Part shown: positions 13,812 through 27,881 of the stretch, one piece after another | How the letters are laid out: each line of letters begins with the position of its first letter | Numbering within the stretch: the first letter of the stretch is position 1 | Assembly (NCBI RefSeq): GCF_009914755.1 | Contig: NC_060944.1 | DNA from: the human T2T-CHM13v2.0 reference genome, Homo sapiens | Reading direction: 5' to 3' (one strand) | Length of the DNA stretch: 64,000 nt | Position numbers and translations under genes: made by a program | The notes under the pieces: model-generated | Told to the model about the DNA's origin: nothing | The model's input: only the letters and a program-made list of their open reading frames with translations | Database searches by the model: none

Positions 13812-14364
13812 TGTGAGGCCTCTGAGCCCAAGCTAAGCCATCATATCCCCTGTGACCTGCTCGTATACATTCAGATGGCCTGAAGCAACTGAAGATCCAC
13901 AAAAGAAGTGAAAATAGCCAGTTCCTGCCTTAACTGATGACATTCTACCATTGTGATTTGTTCCTGCCCCACCCTAACTGATCAATTGACTTTGTGACAA
14001 CACACTCTCCCTGCCCTTGCGATAATGTACTTTGCAATATTCCGCCACCCTTGTGAATGTACTTTGTACGATACATCTTCCCCACCCTTGAGAAGGTACT
14101 TTGTAATATCCTCCCCCCACCTTAAGAAGGTACTTTGTAATATTCTCCCCACCCTTGAGAATGTATTTTGTAAGATCCACCCCCTGTCCACAAAAAATTG
14201 CTCCTAACTCCACTGCCTATCCCAAACCTATGAGAACTAATGATAATCCCACCACCCTTTGCCGACTCTTTTCAGACTCAGCCCGCCTGCACCCAGGTGA
14301 TTAAAAAGCTTTATTGCTCACATAAAGCCTGTTTGGTGGTCTCTTCACACGGACGCGTGTGACA
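13812..14364 (+). mobile_element. HERV-H solo LTR (LTR7 family) with expanded internal tandem repeat
   Basis: TGTGAGGCCTCTGAGCCCAAGCTAAGCCATCATATCCCCTGTGACCTGC start; ends GGTGGTCTCTTCACACGGACGCGTGTGACA. TSD AATAC/AATCC. Confidence 0.92.
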
Positions 14365-15250
14365 AATCCCCCAGCTGAAGTCACCTTTGCTTGCAGCTGC
14401 AATATTCCAATGGCCACTGAGAATCATACTGAAAAAAATAGACATCTTACCATGCCATGCCTGTGCATTTAAACAACTGTTTTCTTGGTTTTCAATATTT
14501 TAGGTCAAATGTTGGGCAAAGTACAGTCTTGAGAAAAAAAACAAATGAGGATTTTGACAACAGAAGGTGTCACACAGGCATAGGGGTGGTGAGGGTGACA
14601 GCAGGGCTGTGCTGACATCCTCATCCTACAGAGAGAAGTGCCAGGAAATCCTGGGAGATGATGAACTGTGAGAGTGTGATGATAGTTTTCAATCTTATAA
14701 AAGCAACTAGTAGAATATCTATCTATCTGTTGATCAATTAGTCAAAACAGTGAGAGGCAGAGGAAAGAATAATAAGCTGCTGTGTGAATTAACGTCTCAT
14801 CTTCTATATTCAGGACTCCACATCCTTTAGGAGCCCTGGGAAGTGGAATTGGGAGGTAAGGAGTGGGATGGGCACGTGCTTTTCATCATCTTCAGGCCTC
14901 TCTGCATTTGCCTTTTACTATGGGAATTTGACCTTTTTAAAAATAACTTTATTTTTGAACAGAGTGAGCACTACAGGAATAATTCATTTAGAAAGTGAAA
15001 TTCCTGCATAACACCATGCCTCAGGCACAAAGCTGCAAATGGTTGGAAATACCCAGATCTCCTTTCTTTGACCTTAAGAAATCACTGTTTGCATTCTTAA
15101 CAAATGCAAATTCTTCTCTGCTTAGTGTTTTACAACTAGCTTACAGCAGTTTATATACGACAGATCTCTTTCAGTGCATGCACATATTTTGGTTGATGTT
15201 TTAAATCTGATTTCACAAATACTAAACATTTTATTTAAAATTTACTATTG

Positions 15251-15405
15251 GGCTGGGTGTGGTAGTTCATGCCTGTAATCCCAGCACTTTGGGAGGCTGA
15301 GGCTGAAGGATAGCCCGAGGCCAGGTGTTTGAGACCAGCCTGGGCAACATAGCAAGACTTCATCGCTACAAAAATAAATAAATAAATAAATAAATAAATA
15401 GATAA
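15251..15405 (+). mobile_element. Alu monomer (FLAM_C-like) with (AAAT)n tail
   Basis: Single Alu arm GGCTGGGTGTGGTAG...CCTGGGCAACATAGCAAGAC followed by AAAT repeats. Confidence 0.85.
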
Positions 15406-15860
15406 ATCTATTATTGATACATATTTGGGCTGTTTCTCTCATTTTCTTTTCTTTTAGAAACTATGTTGCAGTGAATAATTTTTCAGCCAGCTTTGAGCAC
15501 GTAGGCAAATATTTCTGTGGGATAAAAATCCTATATGCGGAACATTGTGTTGATGAATATGTAATTTTTAAATGTTTAACAGATTGCTAAATTGCTACTA
15601 ACAAGGACTATTGAATTCCCACTCTGCCAGCGTGGCATGAAGGCCACATATCAATCCAGCATCGTTGTTGTGTTTAACTTTTTTCCAATGTGTAAGAAAA
15701 TAGTGACATTTCCTTGTTGGGTTAAATTTTTATTTTTGAAGAGCTTAACCATATTTTCACATGTGTAGCAGAGACATTTATATTTATTTTACTGTGATTT
15801 GTGTTCATGACTTTTCCCCAGATTTTCTACTGGATTGTTTGTCTTTTTAAAAAATTTTCT

Positions 15861-16131
15861 TGCCGGGCCTGGTGGCTCATGCCTGTAATCCCAGCACTTT
15901 GGGAGGCCGAGGCAGGCAGATCAACTGAAGTCAGGAGTTCGAGACCAGCCTGATGAACCACGGAAAAACCCAGTCTCTACTAAAAATACAAAATTAGCCA
16001 GGCATGGTGGCACATGCCTGTAATCCCAGCTACTCAGGAGGCTGAGGCAGGAGAATCGCTTGAACCTGGGAGACATGCCATTGCACTCCAGCCTAGGCAA
16101 CAAGAGCAAAACTCCGTCTCAAAAAAAAAAA
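15861..16131 (+). mobile_element. Alu (AluSp-like) with a deletion in the right arm
   Basis: Dimeric Alu with A-tail; the GGAGGTTGCAGTGAGCC segment is missing. Confidence 0.92.
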
Positions 16132-16199
16132 TTTGTATAAGTAAGAGTCCTTAGATATTATGAAAATTAAAATTTCCAGTGTCACATTTCTCACTACTT

Positions 16200-16935
16200 G
16201 TCTTACTCCACACCCACTAGCATGACTATAATAAAAAATACAGGTAACAAGTGTTGGCAAGCATGTAGAGAAACTGGAACCCTCAAACACTGCTGATGGG
16301 AATGCAAAATGGTGCAACTATTTTTGGAAAACCATCTGGCAGTTTCTCGAAAAGTTGAACATACAGTTATTATATGACACAATAATTCTACTTTTAGGTA
16401 TATGCCCAAGAGATAGAAAAACATATGTCCACATGAAAGTCTGAACAGGAATGATCGTAACAGTATTTATTAAAAACAGCCAAAAAGCCAAAACAGTAGC
16501 CAAAATAACCCTACTTCTCATTAATTAATGAGTGGATAAATAAAATATGGTATATGCATACAACAGGTTATTATTTGTAATAAAAATAAATGAAGTAGTG
16601 ATACAGGCTACAGACAGGAGGAACCTTGGGAACATGCTAAGTGAGAGGAACCAGACACAGGAGATCACACACAGCGATTCCGTTTACGTGCAATGCCCAG
16701 AAGAGGGACATCTGTGGAGAAAGCACGTTAGTGGCTCCTCCCTAGGGCTGAAAGGGGATGGAGAAATTGGCATATAAAGGCTAAAAAGTTTGAGGTTTCT
16801 TTTTAGGGTAACAAAAATGTTGTAAAATTGATTGTGGTTTGGATATAAAATTCTATGAATATACTAAAGTCATTGACTTGTATGCTTAAATGGGTGAATC
16901 CTACAGTGTGTGAATTACCTCTGAATAAATCCATT
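16200..16935 (+). mobile_element. L1 3' fragment (L1MB-like)
   Basis: AACAAGTGTTGGCAAG.ATGTAGAGAAACTGGAACCCTC...AATGGGTGAAT...TGTGAATTA..TCTGAATAAA. Confidence 0.85.
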
Positions 16936-18454
16936 ATAAAACCCCCTCCTCATTATCAGGGAGCCCAGTCATGGTGTAGATGATGGTGGTCCCAGCCACT
17001 CCCGGCCTGCACCTCCTGGGACCTTCCTAGCTGGGTCTTTCCTAAAATCCTGATTATCTTGAGTCATGAGCAAAATAAAATGCTATGAGGCAGTAGTTCC
17101 CAGAGCAACCAGTGCCTGTGGTCCTGATGACCCCACCTTAGACAGAATGTGTTTGGTGATGTGAACATTGACGGGGGGAGGAACTATGCCAAGAGGAGAG
17201 GAGGGCTGCCTCCTGTCCCTATGCCATGGGGGCCCGTGCACAGGCCCTGGGACCTCTAAGAGGCCCCACCCCAGCCCTGAAGGAGCCCATGAGAGTTCTG
17301 GTTCCCCTGCGGGCTTGTGGGTTCACACCCACCACAGCGCTCAACAAACACTGCCTCCATCCTTTTCCTTTTACCAGGCCCCTTCCCCTGTGGAATGCTC
17401 AGTGGAGGACACAGGCATCTCTTGGCTCTGTGTTGTGCAACCTCCCATGGACACTTGTGTTTTGCTTTGGACACAAGATGTGTGGATCAGTGTGGCAGTT
17501 GGAGTGAGGCATCGCCACAGGCCAACTGTTTTCAGACAACTGATGTGTGGCCAAGAGAGGAAATGGATTCCTTTTGAGTAGATTGTCTGCTTGAATTCTT
17601 GGCTCATTTTGAGCCAGGACGATTGAGGAAATTGTCTTTTTCTGTTGGCTTTTAAAGAGCTGTTTCCATAAAAGGGAATTTAGCCCTTTACCAAATATGT
17701 TCTAAATGACTTATTGTGTGTTCCCTTTCCTCTTTGGTCTTTGTGGTGTGTGTGTCTGGTGTGTGTGTTTGTGCACATGTGCACACTATACAAAATGTAT
17801 AGCCAGATTTATTATTCTTTACTGTTGGCCTCTGTGTGTTGTACCAGCTTAGAAAGGGCTCCCTAGTCGAGCGTGCAATTCAGTTTCAAACACTTGGGCC
17901 TTTAACCCAGGGATTATCAGGGCCGACTTTCTGTTTGGAATTGGACCTCAGGTCTGATGTACTTTGGGCTGATCTGTATTTTATCTTGCAAAGAGAAATA
18001 TTAATTTCCAAACTTGTGAGTTCTTGGGAGCTCCCCTACTGTCTCCGAGGCAGGCCCTAAATGCAGAGCAGGATGAAGTTCTGCTCCTCCATGGAACCTG
18101 GCTTGAGCAGACAGGTGTCAGGTCCTGAGATCACAAACAGGGTAGAGAACTGTGTCCCAAGTGAGCAGAATCAGGAATGCTTACCTGGGACATGCATCAA
18201 GATGGGGGAAGACAGGGCTGATAGGTGGGAGGGATCTGTGCTGGCTCTTCTGGGCTACATTGTTCACTCCACAGAGGTAGCTTAGGCTGGCATGGCCATT
18301 GCCAGCTGACATCTTCTACCTGGCGTGTCTGGTGGCAACTCTTGTCAGCTGGTGGCCCCTTAGCTCCTGGCCAGGTGCATTCCTGAATGCCTGTTGGTCC
18401 CAAAGTCCTTTAGCCTGGTTCTTTGATGGTTCCTTCTGCTTCTAGGGCCATGGC

Positions 18455-18464
18455 ATTGCATAAT
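18455..18464. promoter_or_regulatory. Candidate C/EBP site in the putative CST13P promoter
   Basis: ATTGCATAAT, 100-320 bp upstream of two splice-donor-like sites (AAG|GTGAGG at 18561, GAA|GTGAGT at 18777). C/EBP control is known for the paralogous rodent Cres gene; function here is inferred. Confidence 0.3.
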
Positions 18465-19904
18465 GGGGCTCTGAAAGACATGGCTGCCAAGGTGCTGTCA
18501 TGTGTACCTAGCACAGTCCAGAGGACAGCAGTTTAGAAAGTCAGCAGGTGTGGAACAAAGGTGAGGGACTTCTGCGAACTGGCAGCCCTTGGTGAGCCCA
18601 TGGCCTTCTGAGGGCCAGTGTCAGAAGCGCCCTTCACTTGAGCAGCATCAGAGGGCCTGGGCTGACCTCACAAAGGGGCCATGAGTGTGACTACCTGGCT
18701 GGGGAGTGAAGCCAGAGGGCAGAAGTGCCCTGGAGTGCAGACCCCAGCAGACACTGACCAGGCACAGGAGGATGAAGTGAGTTTGTTGGGGACAGAGAAC
18801 AGCCAAGGGGCAGCCGGCAGTCAGCTCAAGTCCTCACAAAGAAGGGCAATACCACCCGTGGGCCGGGACAGTCGGCTCGAGGGCCAGCAGCCAGGAACGT
18901 GGCAAAGAACTTGGATCTGAGGTGGGCCCATGGTGTAGCTGTGGTGTGCTAGCAAGAGTGGCCTCCAAACCCACCCTGGAAGGTGATCCAGAGACCATAG
19001 AGCAGAAAGGCTTCCTTCTCAGAGTGAGCTGCTGGAAGCCCACCAGTGTCAGGTCAGTGTAAAATAAGGAGCGAGAAGAGGGTGGAACAGGTCAATGTGC
19101 TTAAAACACAGAGAAATGGGGTGACAGTGAGGAGACCATCTGCCTGGTGCTAGGTCCTCCATGTTCACACCCCCCATCTCTCTCAGCCGCATCAGCTCCC
19201 CACTAATGGTAGGGTTGGGGGACCATGGTGGACGTTTGGGCAAGAGTCCTAGAGATGGAAGGTGCTTGTCAGTCACACACACTGGTTTACGGACAGATGC
19301 AGGCAGGGCTGCGCCAGCCAGCTGATGAGCCTCCTGCACAGCTGAGGACTTGATTTGCATTTCTAGGGGAGAGCATGTAGGGTGCCAGAATGATGTCACC
19401 AGAGGGTGGCCAGATTAAGACCTCATGAATCTTCTGGCTGTGTGTATCTCGTGTATATTTAGTGCCTGATGGATATCAGGTGTCTCTTTGTTTTGCCAAC
19501 ACGTTCTGTGTTCAACTTAGATATACGCTACCTCCACATATCTTTCATTAACACAACTTATGATTTCTGCCTACATCTCTATTTGCCCACTCTCTATACA
19601 CATCTTAACTGGTTTGCCTGTCTTACAAACTACATGCTCATTTATATTCTATAGTAGAATTGGATATCCTCAAAAGCAAGTGTACATTCCAAGCGGTTAC
19701 CTACATATGTGTATCTCTTAGATTGAGATAGGTTACAAGGTAGGGGGAAGGGCAGACCCTGAGTTAAAAAGTGGATGCTTCCATCAAGTATGCTTAAGTG
19801 CTCTCTTGACCTCTCCATGAGTCTCATTTTCCTCCTGTATAAAGGAGTTACTCACAAAACAGCCCCATGGGGGACGGCAATGATTACATAAGACACAGGA
19901 AGTG

Positions 19905-20280
19905 CCTATGGAACTCTCTCAACCCTATCCTTCTGAGGTTTCAATGGAGGCTCCATTTCACAGGCATGGTTGATTAACTGGTCATTGATTAACTCAATCT
20001 TTGGCCCCTCTTTCCTCCCTGGAGGTGGAGGGTGGGGCTGAAAGTTCCAATCTTCTAATCACACTGCAACCAGCCTCTATCCTGAGGCTATCTGGGATCC
20101 CACCAGGATTCACCTCATTAGCATACATTCAGCTGTCGTTAAAAAGGGCATGTTAGAAATAACCAAGATGCTGCTGTGACATCTCAACCACTCAGGCAAT
20201 TGTAAGGGTTTTAGGTGCTTCCTGCTAGAAACCTGGGGTGAAGACCAAATGTCTATTTCTAATTCTACTACAATATCACC
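19905..20280 (-). mobile_element. MER21C-like LTR fragment
   Basis: GGCATGGTTGATTAA...GGGGCTGAAAGTTCCAA.C.TCTAATCA...CACCTCATTAGCATA...AAGGGTTTTAGG. Confidence 0.75.
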
Positions 20281-20443
20281 GCTGTGTTAACAGAAGTTCC
20301 TTCCTTTTAATCAGCAGTGCCAAGAGGAGCTGGGGTGCCAGTATCTGTGTATCTTCAGAGGCAGCAGGGGCCAGTGTGCCACATCTTGCCCCAGTCCTGA
20401 AAGGATAGATGGTATTTGGCCTGTGACCCTTGGCTGAGGAGCC

Positions 20444-20676
20444 ATGGTCCGGCTCTGCCAGGCCCTGCTGCTGTTAGTGGCCACTGTGGCCCTTGCATCC
20501 AGAAGATTCCAAGCCTGGGGCTCAACAAAGGTGGTGAGGACATTCCAAGATATCCCTCAAAACTACGTCTATGTGCAGCAGGCACTCTGGTTCGCCATGA
20601 AGGAGTATAACAAGGCCAGCTTTAGTATAACAAGTTCAGCTTTAGGGTGCTGAAGGTTCTGAAGAGCCAGGAGCAG
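20444..20676 (+). pseudogene. CST13P: CST13P first coding exon (frameshifted; premature TGA at 20651-20653)
   Basis: GCCATGG Kozak; MVRLCQALLLLVATVALA signal peptide; VQQALWFAMKEYNKAS helix. The frame then shifts to NKFSFRVLKVLKSQEQ. Donor CAG|GTGGGT. 233 nt, not a multiple of 3. Possible upstream acceptor ATCTTCAG ending at 20358. Confidence 0.92.
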
Positions 20677-20721
20677 GTGGGTGGGGTGCTTGCTCCTTGC
20701 CCTTTCACTCCCCGCCCTCAG

Positions 20722-21923
<1,202 letters not shown>

Positions 21924-22786
21924 TCAGTCTGAACAGAGCCCATTATCTGTGGATGGCTACTGAAACTAGGAATGGAAGACACAACTGAGAGATGCCTTTA
22001 GTCATAATATATTTCTTTTATTTTAGGAGTTTTTGAAGGAAAACAAATTTTATTTCATTCTTTATTATACTAGGATGGAGATGAAACAAAAATATCCATT
22101 AAAATCACTTGAAAATGGTTACAGTCACATCAAAAAGTAGAGATAAGAGCCCAGAAGGTAGCTTGAAGGGAGCAAGTTTGGACCATTTGTGCATCATCAA
22201 TGTGGGCCATGGCAAAGATGGGTTATGACACATTGAGCGAGTACAGCTGATGCTGGGAAAGGAGCCTGGACAGAAGGGAGGCTCCTCTTTACAGGAAAGT
22301 GCCATCTCAAAAATGTGAAAGAAGTGGCCTAACTAGAAAATTATGCCATCTTCTAGTTGTATCTTCTCACCACTACCACGGTCATAACTATTTCAGGCAA
22401 AGATCATCAGTGAATCCTACAACCACTGAGTGAGAGTGTTTGGCGTGAACCATTGCAGAGATTACTTATTAGTTACAAGGGGAAAAGACATCCTTCTAAT
22501 CAGAAAATTTGATAAACACCTTTCTTACCAAATGCTCACCACCAACACTGAGACAAATTGGCATCACATACCTCCTGAAACGATGTGCACAGAGGGGATG
22601 CCAGCACCTGTATATGGTATTCTTGCCCAGAATGCATACTTTGAATGTAATCAGAGGAGAAATTAGATAAATCCATAAATCCAATATCATGAGAAACAGG
22701 GGAAAATGCTGGAAAACTGTTCCCCAACAAAGGAGACCTACGAAGCATGATGGCTAAATGCAGCAGGTGGTCCTGTGTTATCTTGG

Positions 22787-23531
22787 TGTCAACTAGAGAT
22801 TCAGTCTGGTTTATGAATTTGAAAAGGAGAGCTTTGTTTCTCTAAAGGGTTGCAGCCTACAGGGTGGCCATTCTGACAGGCTGGGAATTCTGATGGAAGC
22901 TGGAAAGAGGCACTTTGAGGGGAGAAGCATAAGACAGGAATCTGTGCTGAATGGGTTGGCTAAGTATATATATTTAATAAGCTATAGGAGGAGTCATGAA
23001 GATTCATGAAAGAAAAATGTATGCATGCACAGTTGAGCTTCATGCCTCTTCATGGGTTGCATCTTCAAAAAGTGATGCTATTAGCATTATCCAAAGGTGG
23101 ATTTTAAGCCCTCTGATGGCAAAAGCTGAAGTAGAGTCACCAAAACCCTCACTGTGCATCCTCCACATGTCAGGCAAAACCAGTCCAGAGATGGTGGCCA
23201 GTTTTCAAGAAAGGATGCCTTGTGAAGCTGGTGAGCTGTCACATCAAAATGCAAAGAGGGAAGAGGGACTCTGGTCTTGGCCTCAGATGATTGACTAATG
23301 GCCATAAAAGAATGAGTCGTTTATTTCTTGTTTTCCAGTGTTGGTTTCTGCTTACTCCTTAGGAAAGAATACAAATTAAAGGTTAGTGAGGAGGGGGCAC
23401 ACTGAGGTATGTCTGACATCCCATCCCCTCATGGCCGGGAATTCAGTTTTTAAGGTTTCTCTGAGGTCCCCTTGGCCTAGAGGGGGTCTGTTTGGTCCAT
23501 TGGAGATTTAGGGTTTTATTTTTATTTCTCA
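22787..23531 (-). mobile_element. ERV1 solo LTR (MER4-group; MER66/MER49-like) within an L1MC-like remnant
   Basis: TGTCAAC start, AAAGGGTTGCAGCCT.CAGGGTGGCCATTCTGACAGGCTGGGAA, ends TTTTATTTTTATTTCTCA. Confidence 0.7.
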
Positions 23532-24839
23532 ACAAAAGAAAAGAAAAAAATTATAAAGGATGTTATTGGGACAATTGATGAGATTTTCATCTGGGCTGTA
23601 TAATAGAAGATAACTTTGTACCTGCGTTAAATTTCCTGAGAGAGGTGATTGTCCTGTGGCTCGGCAGGCACCCAAGGCATCCACGGTGGCACACCGTGAA
23701 GGCCCAGGAATGAGATCAGTCTGCTGGAGTCTGGGGAGTGAGAGGGTGGCAGAGGTGGAAGGCGACACCGAGCTTGGGTCATGGCGGTGCTGACATGAAG
23801 TGTCACGCAGAGATGCCTCTTTGTGCTCTTCCTTCTCGAGCTCATCTCTCTGCCGCCTTCCCTTTGACCTTTCCTGTTCATGTCTCCAGGCTGCCAGGCC
23901 ACCTGCCCTACTTTCCTGTTTTCTTATCTGATCAGGAGAGAAGGTTCACTGGGAGGCTGCATGCCCGACAGTGCTGGGACATTAGGCCCCTTATTCGTCT
24001 TGCCATGCTCCGTGGGACCTTGGCTCCCTCTGGTTCTTTCTGTAGTTCTGGTTATGTTGCTTGTGTTGCTTGAGGAGAGGACACCTATGACCAGGAATGT
24101 GCCACCAATGAGCGAAATTAAAACCTTAGAACACAGGCAGCCTGCAGCCTCTCAGGCATGTTTAACACCTGTTCTCAGTAAGTTCCCGCCCCCTCCAGAA
24201 CTATTCCACTTTCTTGGGTTTCTCTGTATCTAAGCTTTCCTACTTACACCAATAAAATAGTGTTTTTGCTTTATAGGCCGGTGTTTAATAATACAGTAAA
24301 CCAAATACCTGGATATCTAAAAAATTATATACCATTTTGTACTGTTTCTTGTTTTTTTTTTTTTTTTCCGTGAATGAATGTTTTATTTTTTAGTTTACTG
24401 TGAGCTTTTGAATGCAGGCAATAATTCAAAAGAATCAGGTAGAAACAGATTCAATAAGAGACTACAACACAAGTATCTAAAATTCTTTGACCTTACAGCT
24501 ACATACTGCTGCAAAAGAGCACAGAGAGAGATTTTTTTAAATGTATCATCCCCCAAACAACACACAATAAAAGCAAAAAGAAAAATTCTTGGTGACAATT
24601 CAGCTTAAACTTAATAATATACACATAGGCTTTATGAAAAGAAAACAGCCATATCTTATTGGGAGATTTAAGAATACACAGATTTGTATCAGGGGTTGGC
24701 CAAGTGTAGCCTGCTGCAGGCTTTTAAACAGAGTGGTTACAGAGACAGCTTGGCCTGCAAAGCCTACAATCTTTACTACCAGGCCCTTTAGGGAAATGTT
24801 ATAGATGCTGCTCTTTTCTTTTCTTTTGGATATTTGAAG

Positions 24840-25080
24840 CAATTTTATTAATGTTTTCTTGACATATTAAATGTTTCTGTTTATTTTTAAGGTATACAAC
24901 ATGATGTTTTGCTCTATACATTGTGAAATGACTACTAAAATCAAGCTAATTGACATACCCATCACCTTACATAGTTACCTTTTTTTGTTTGCGTGTGGTA
25001 TGAATACTGGAGATCTACTCTTAGAGCAAGTTTCAAGCATATGATACACTGTTAATAACTGATGTCATCATGCTGGACTA
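24840..25080 (-). mobile_element. L1MA 3' end fragment
   Basis: AAGGTATACAACATGATGTTTTG...ATCAAGCTAATT.ACATA.CCATCACCT.ACATAGTTACC. Confidence 0.75.
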
Positions 25081-25365
25081 TCTCTTGGTAGACTGAGTGC
25101 TGCTGCAGAGTTTGTGCAATGTGAGTGCTGGCGCAAGGAGCATCTCATCCCCAGCGGCCTGGAGCCACACGGCAATGAGAGAATTCCAGTATACTTGGCA
25201 CCAGGGCTGGTTGCTTTCCACAGGTGCACTCAGGTCTCATAGCTCATTAAGTTAGAACTACCTTCTTCTACATTACTGAGGAGGAAACAGTCACAGAAAG
25301 GTTTAGTAACTTGCCCAGAGCCACAAAGCTAGTAAGTAGAAGAGCCAAGATTTAAAGCCAGGCTG

Positions 25366-25930
<565 letters not shown>

Positions 25931-25945
25931 TTAGAGCTGTTAGTT

Positions 25946-26278
25946 TTTTGGGTTTTGGTTTGTTTGTTTGTTGTTTTTTTTGAGATGGGGTCTCGTTCTT
26001 TCCCCCAGGCTGGAGTACAGTGGTGCAATCTTGGCTCACTAGAAGCTCTGCCTCCCAGGTTCACGCCATTCTCCTGCCTCAGCCTCCCGAATAGCTGGGA
26101 CTACAGGTGCCCGCCACCACCCCCCTACCCCCACTTGGCTAATTTCTTTGAATTGTTTTTAGTAGAGACGGGGTTTCACCATGTTAGCCAGGATGGTCTT
26201 AATCTCCTGACCTTGTGATCCACCTGTCTCGGCCTCCCAAAGTGCTGGGATTGCAGGAGTGAGCCACCATGCCCGGCC
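25946..26278 (-). mobile_element. Alu (AluY-like)
   Basis: AAGCTCTGCCTCCC.GGTTCACGCCATTCTCC diagnostic; TSD TAGAGCTRTTAGTT. Confidence 0.93.
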
Positions 26279-26332
26279 TAGAGCTATTAGTTTTTTATTG
26301 TAATTTCAACTTAGACCTATGACTCAAATATA

Positions 26333-26550
26333 CAGCAATGGTTTGCAACTAGGGGTGGCTTTTGCTCCTTAAGGGAGTTTTGGCAATGCCTGGAGAGATT
26401 ATTTTGTTGTTATGACCAGAGGGGGCTGCTCCTGACATCTAGTGAGTGGAGGCTCAGGATTCTACTAACCATCCTGCAAGGCACAGGGCAGCCCCCAAAC
26501 AAAGAGGGATCCAGCCCAAAATATCAATAGCACTGAGGTTAGGAAACTTG
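26333..26550. mobile_element. MER20 hAT-Charlie element
   Basis: TTTGGCAATGCCTGGAGA...CATCTAGTGAGTGGAGG..CAGGAT.CT.CTAA.CATCCT.CAA.GCACAGG.CAGCCCCC...AATAG..CTGAGGTT.GGAAAC. Confidence 0.8.
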
Positions 26551-26961
26551 ATATGCAGTCACCAGAAAGTTCTAAGAGTACAACTGAAAGTTGTTTAAAA
26601 AATGAAAGCAAACCCTCAATTTCTTGCATTCCCAGTCTGGCTTGTCATTCTTGAGGGCACCACTAAGAGCAGTGTGCTCTGTCCTTCTAGATATTTTCTA
26701 TGTACTTACATATGCATCTGAAATATTTAAAAGTATATTTTATAGTCATAAAATCATGCTTTCTATGTTTTTCTCTACTTCTTTTGCCACTTGAAACATG
26801 TCTTTAAAAAGTTACGTAAATACACTTAGATCCACCTCATAGTTGTATTTCATGAGATGATGTGCCATAATTTTTTTTCGCCCATCTCCTAATGGACCAT
26901 GAGGTTTGTTAATAGGAAAAGTGAAACAATGAATATTCCTTTGTATGTGTTGCTTTGATAT

Positions 26962-27514
26962 TGTGAGGTTAAAATCAGGTGTCGACTGGATTGAAGGATG
27001 CCTGGATGGCTGGTTAAGTCTTGTTTTTGGGTGTGTCTGTGAGGGTGCTGCCAGAAGAGATGGATGTTTCAGTCGGTGGACAGGGAGAGGAAAACCCACC
27101 CTCAGTGTGGGTGGGCACCAGCCAATCGGCTGCCAGTGAGGCTAGGACAAAGTAGGCCAGGTGGGAGAGGAGGATGGCTTTGCTGGCTGAGGCTTCTGGC
27201 TCTTTTCTTCCTGCATTGGATGCTTGCTTCTCCTGTCCTTGGATATCTAACTCCAGGTTCTTCAGCCTTTGGACTCTGGGACTTGCACCAGTGGGTCCCC
27301 AGGGCCTCTTGGGCCTTTGGCTGCACTGCCAGCTTTCCTGGTTTTGAGGCTTTTGGACTTGGATTGAGCCACTACTGGCTTCTCTCTGCTTGCAGACAGC
27401 CTACTATGGGATTTTTGCCTTGTAATCGTGTCAGCCAATTCTCCCTAGTAAATTCCTTTTATATACAAACTTATTCTATTAGTTCTGTCCCTCTGGAGAA
27501 CCCTGACTAATACC
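26962..27514 (+). mobile_element. ERVL solo LTR (MLT2A2/MLT2B-like)
   Basis: GGATTGAAGGATGC...GGGTGTGTCTGTGAGGGTG...TTAGTTCTGTCCCTCTGGAGAACCCTGACTAATAC; TSD GATAT/GATAG. Confidence 0.88.
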
Positions 27515-27881
27515 GATAGTATCCTGAATTTGAATTCATTGGTTAAAAAGTACATTTGCAAAATAATGGCAAATTGCCCCTTAAAAGGGCTAAATTACAT
27601 TAGATTTTTGGCAATGCTGCAGGTCTCAGTACCTCTTGCCTCTCATTTTCACCAGCTGTGGTCTCATTTTGTCTTTCAGATGTTTGCCAGTCTGATGGAG
27701 GCAACAATAACATTTTTTAATTCCCCTATAGAGTGAGAAATTGTCTTCCATTGAATTTATCTACAATATATGTTTACTTCTAAGAATTGTTTCCCTTTTT
27801 CTTTTGCATTGCTTGTCTTGCTCTTACAGAATCATAGATGTTCTTTATGCACTATTCATATTAAACTATGATTCTCATATA

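Noticed and set aside
14480-14575. Acceptor-like site followed by GQSTVLRKKTNEDFDNRRC, faintly like cystatin EDIDNC
   Set aside because: Needs several frameshifts, lacks the first Cys and has no donor; consistent with chance.
17770-17785. 16-bp palindrome TGTGCACATGTGCACA
   Set aside because: Arises within a low-complexity GT/CA tract.
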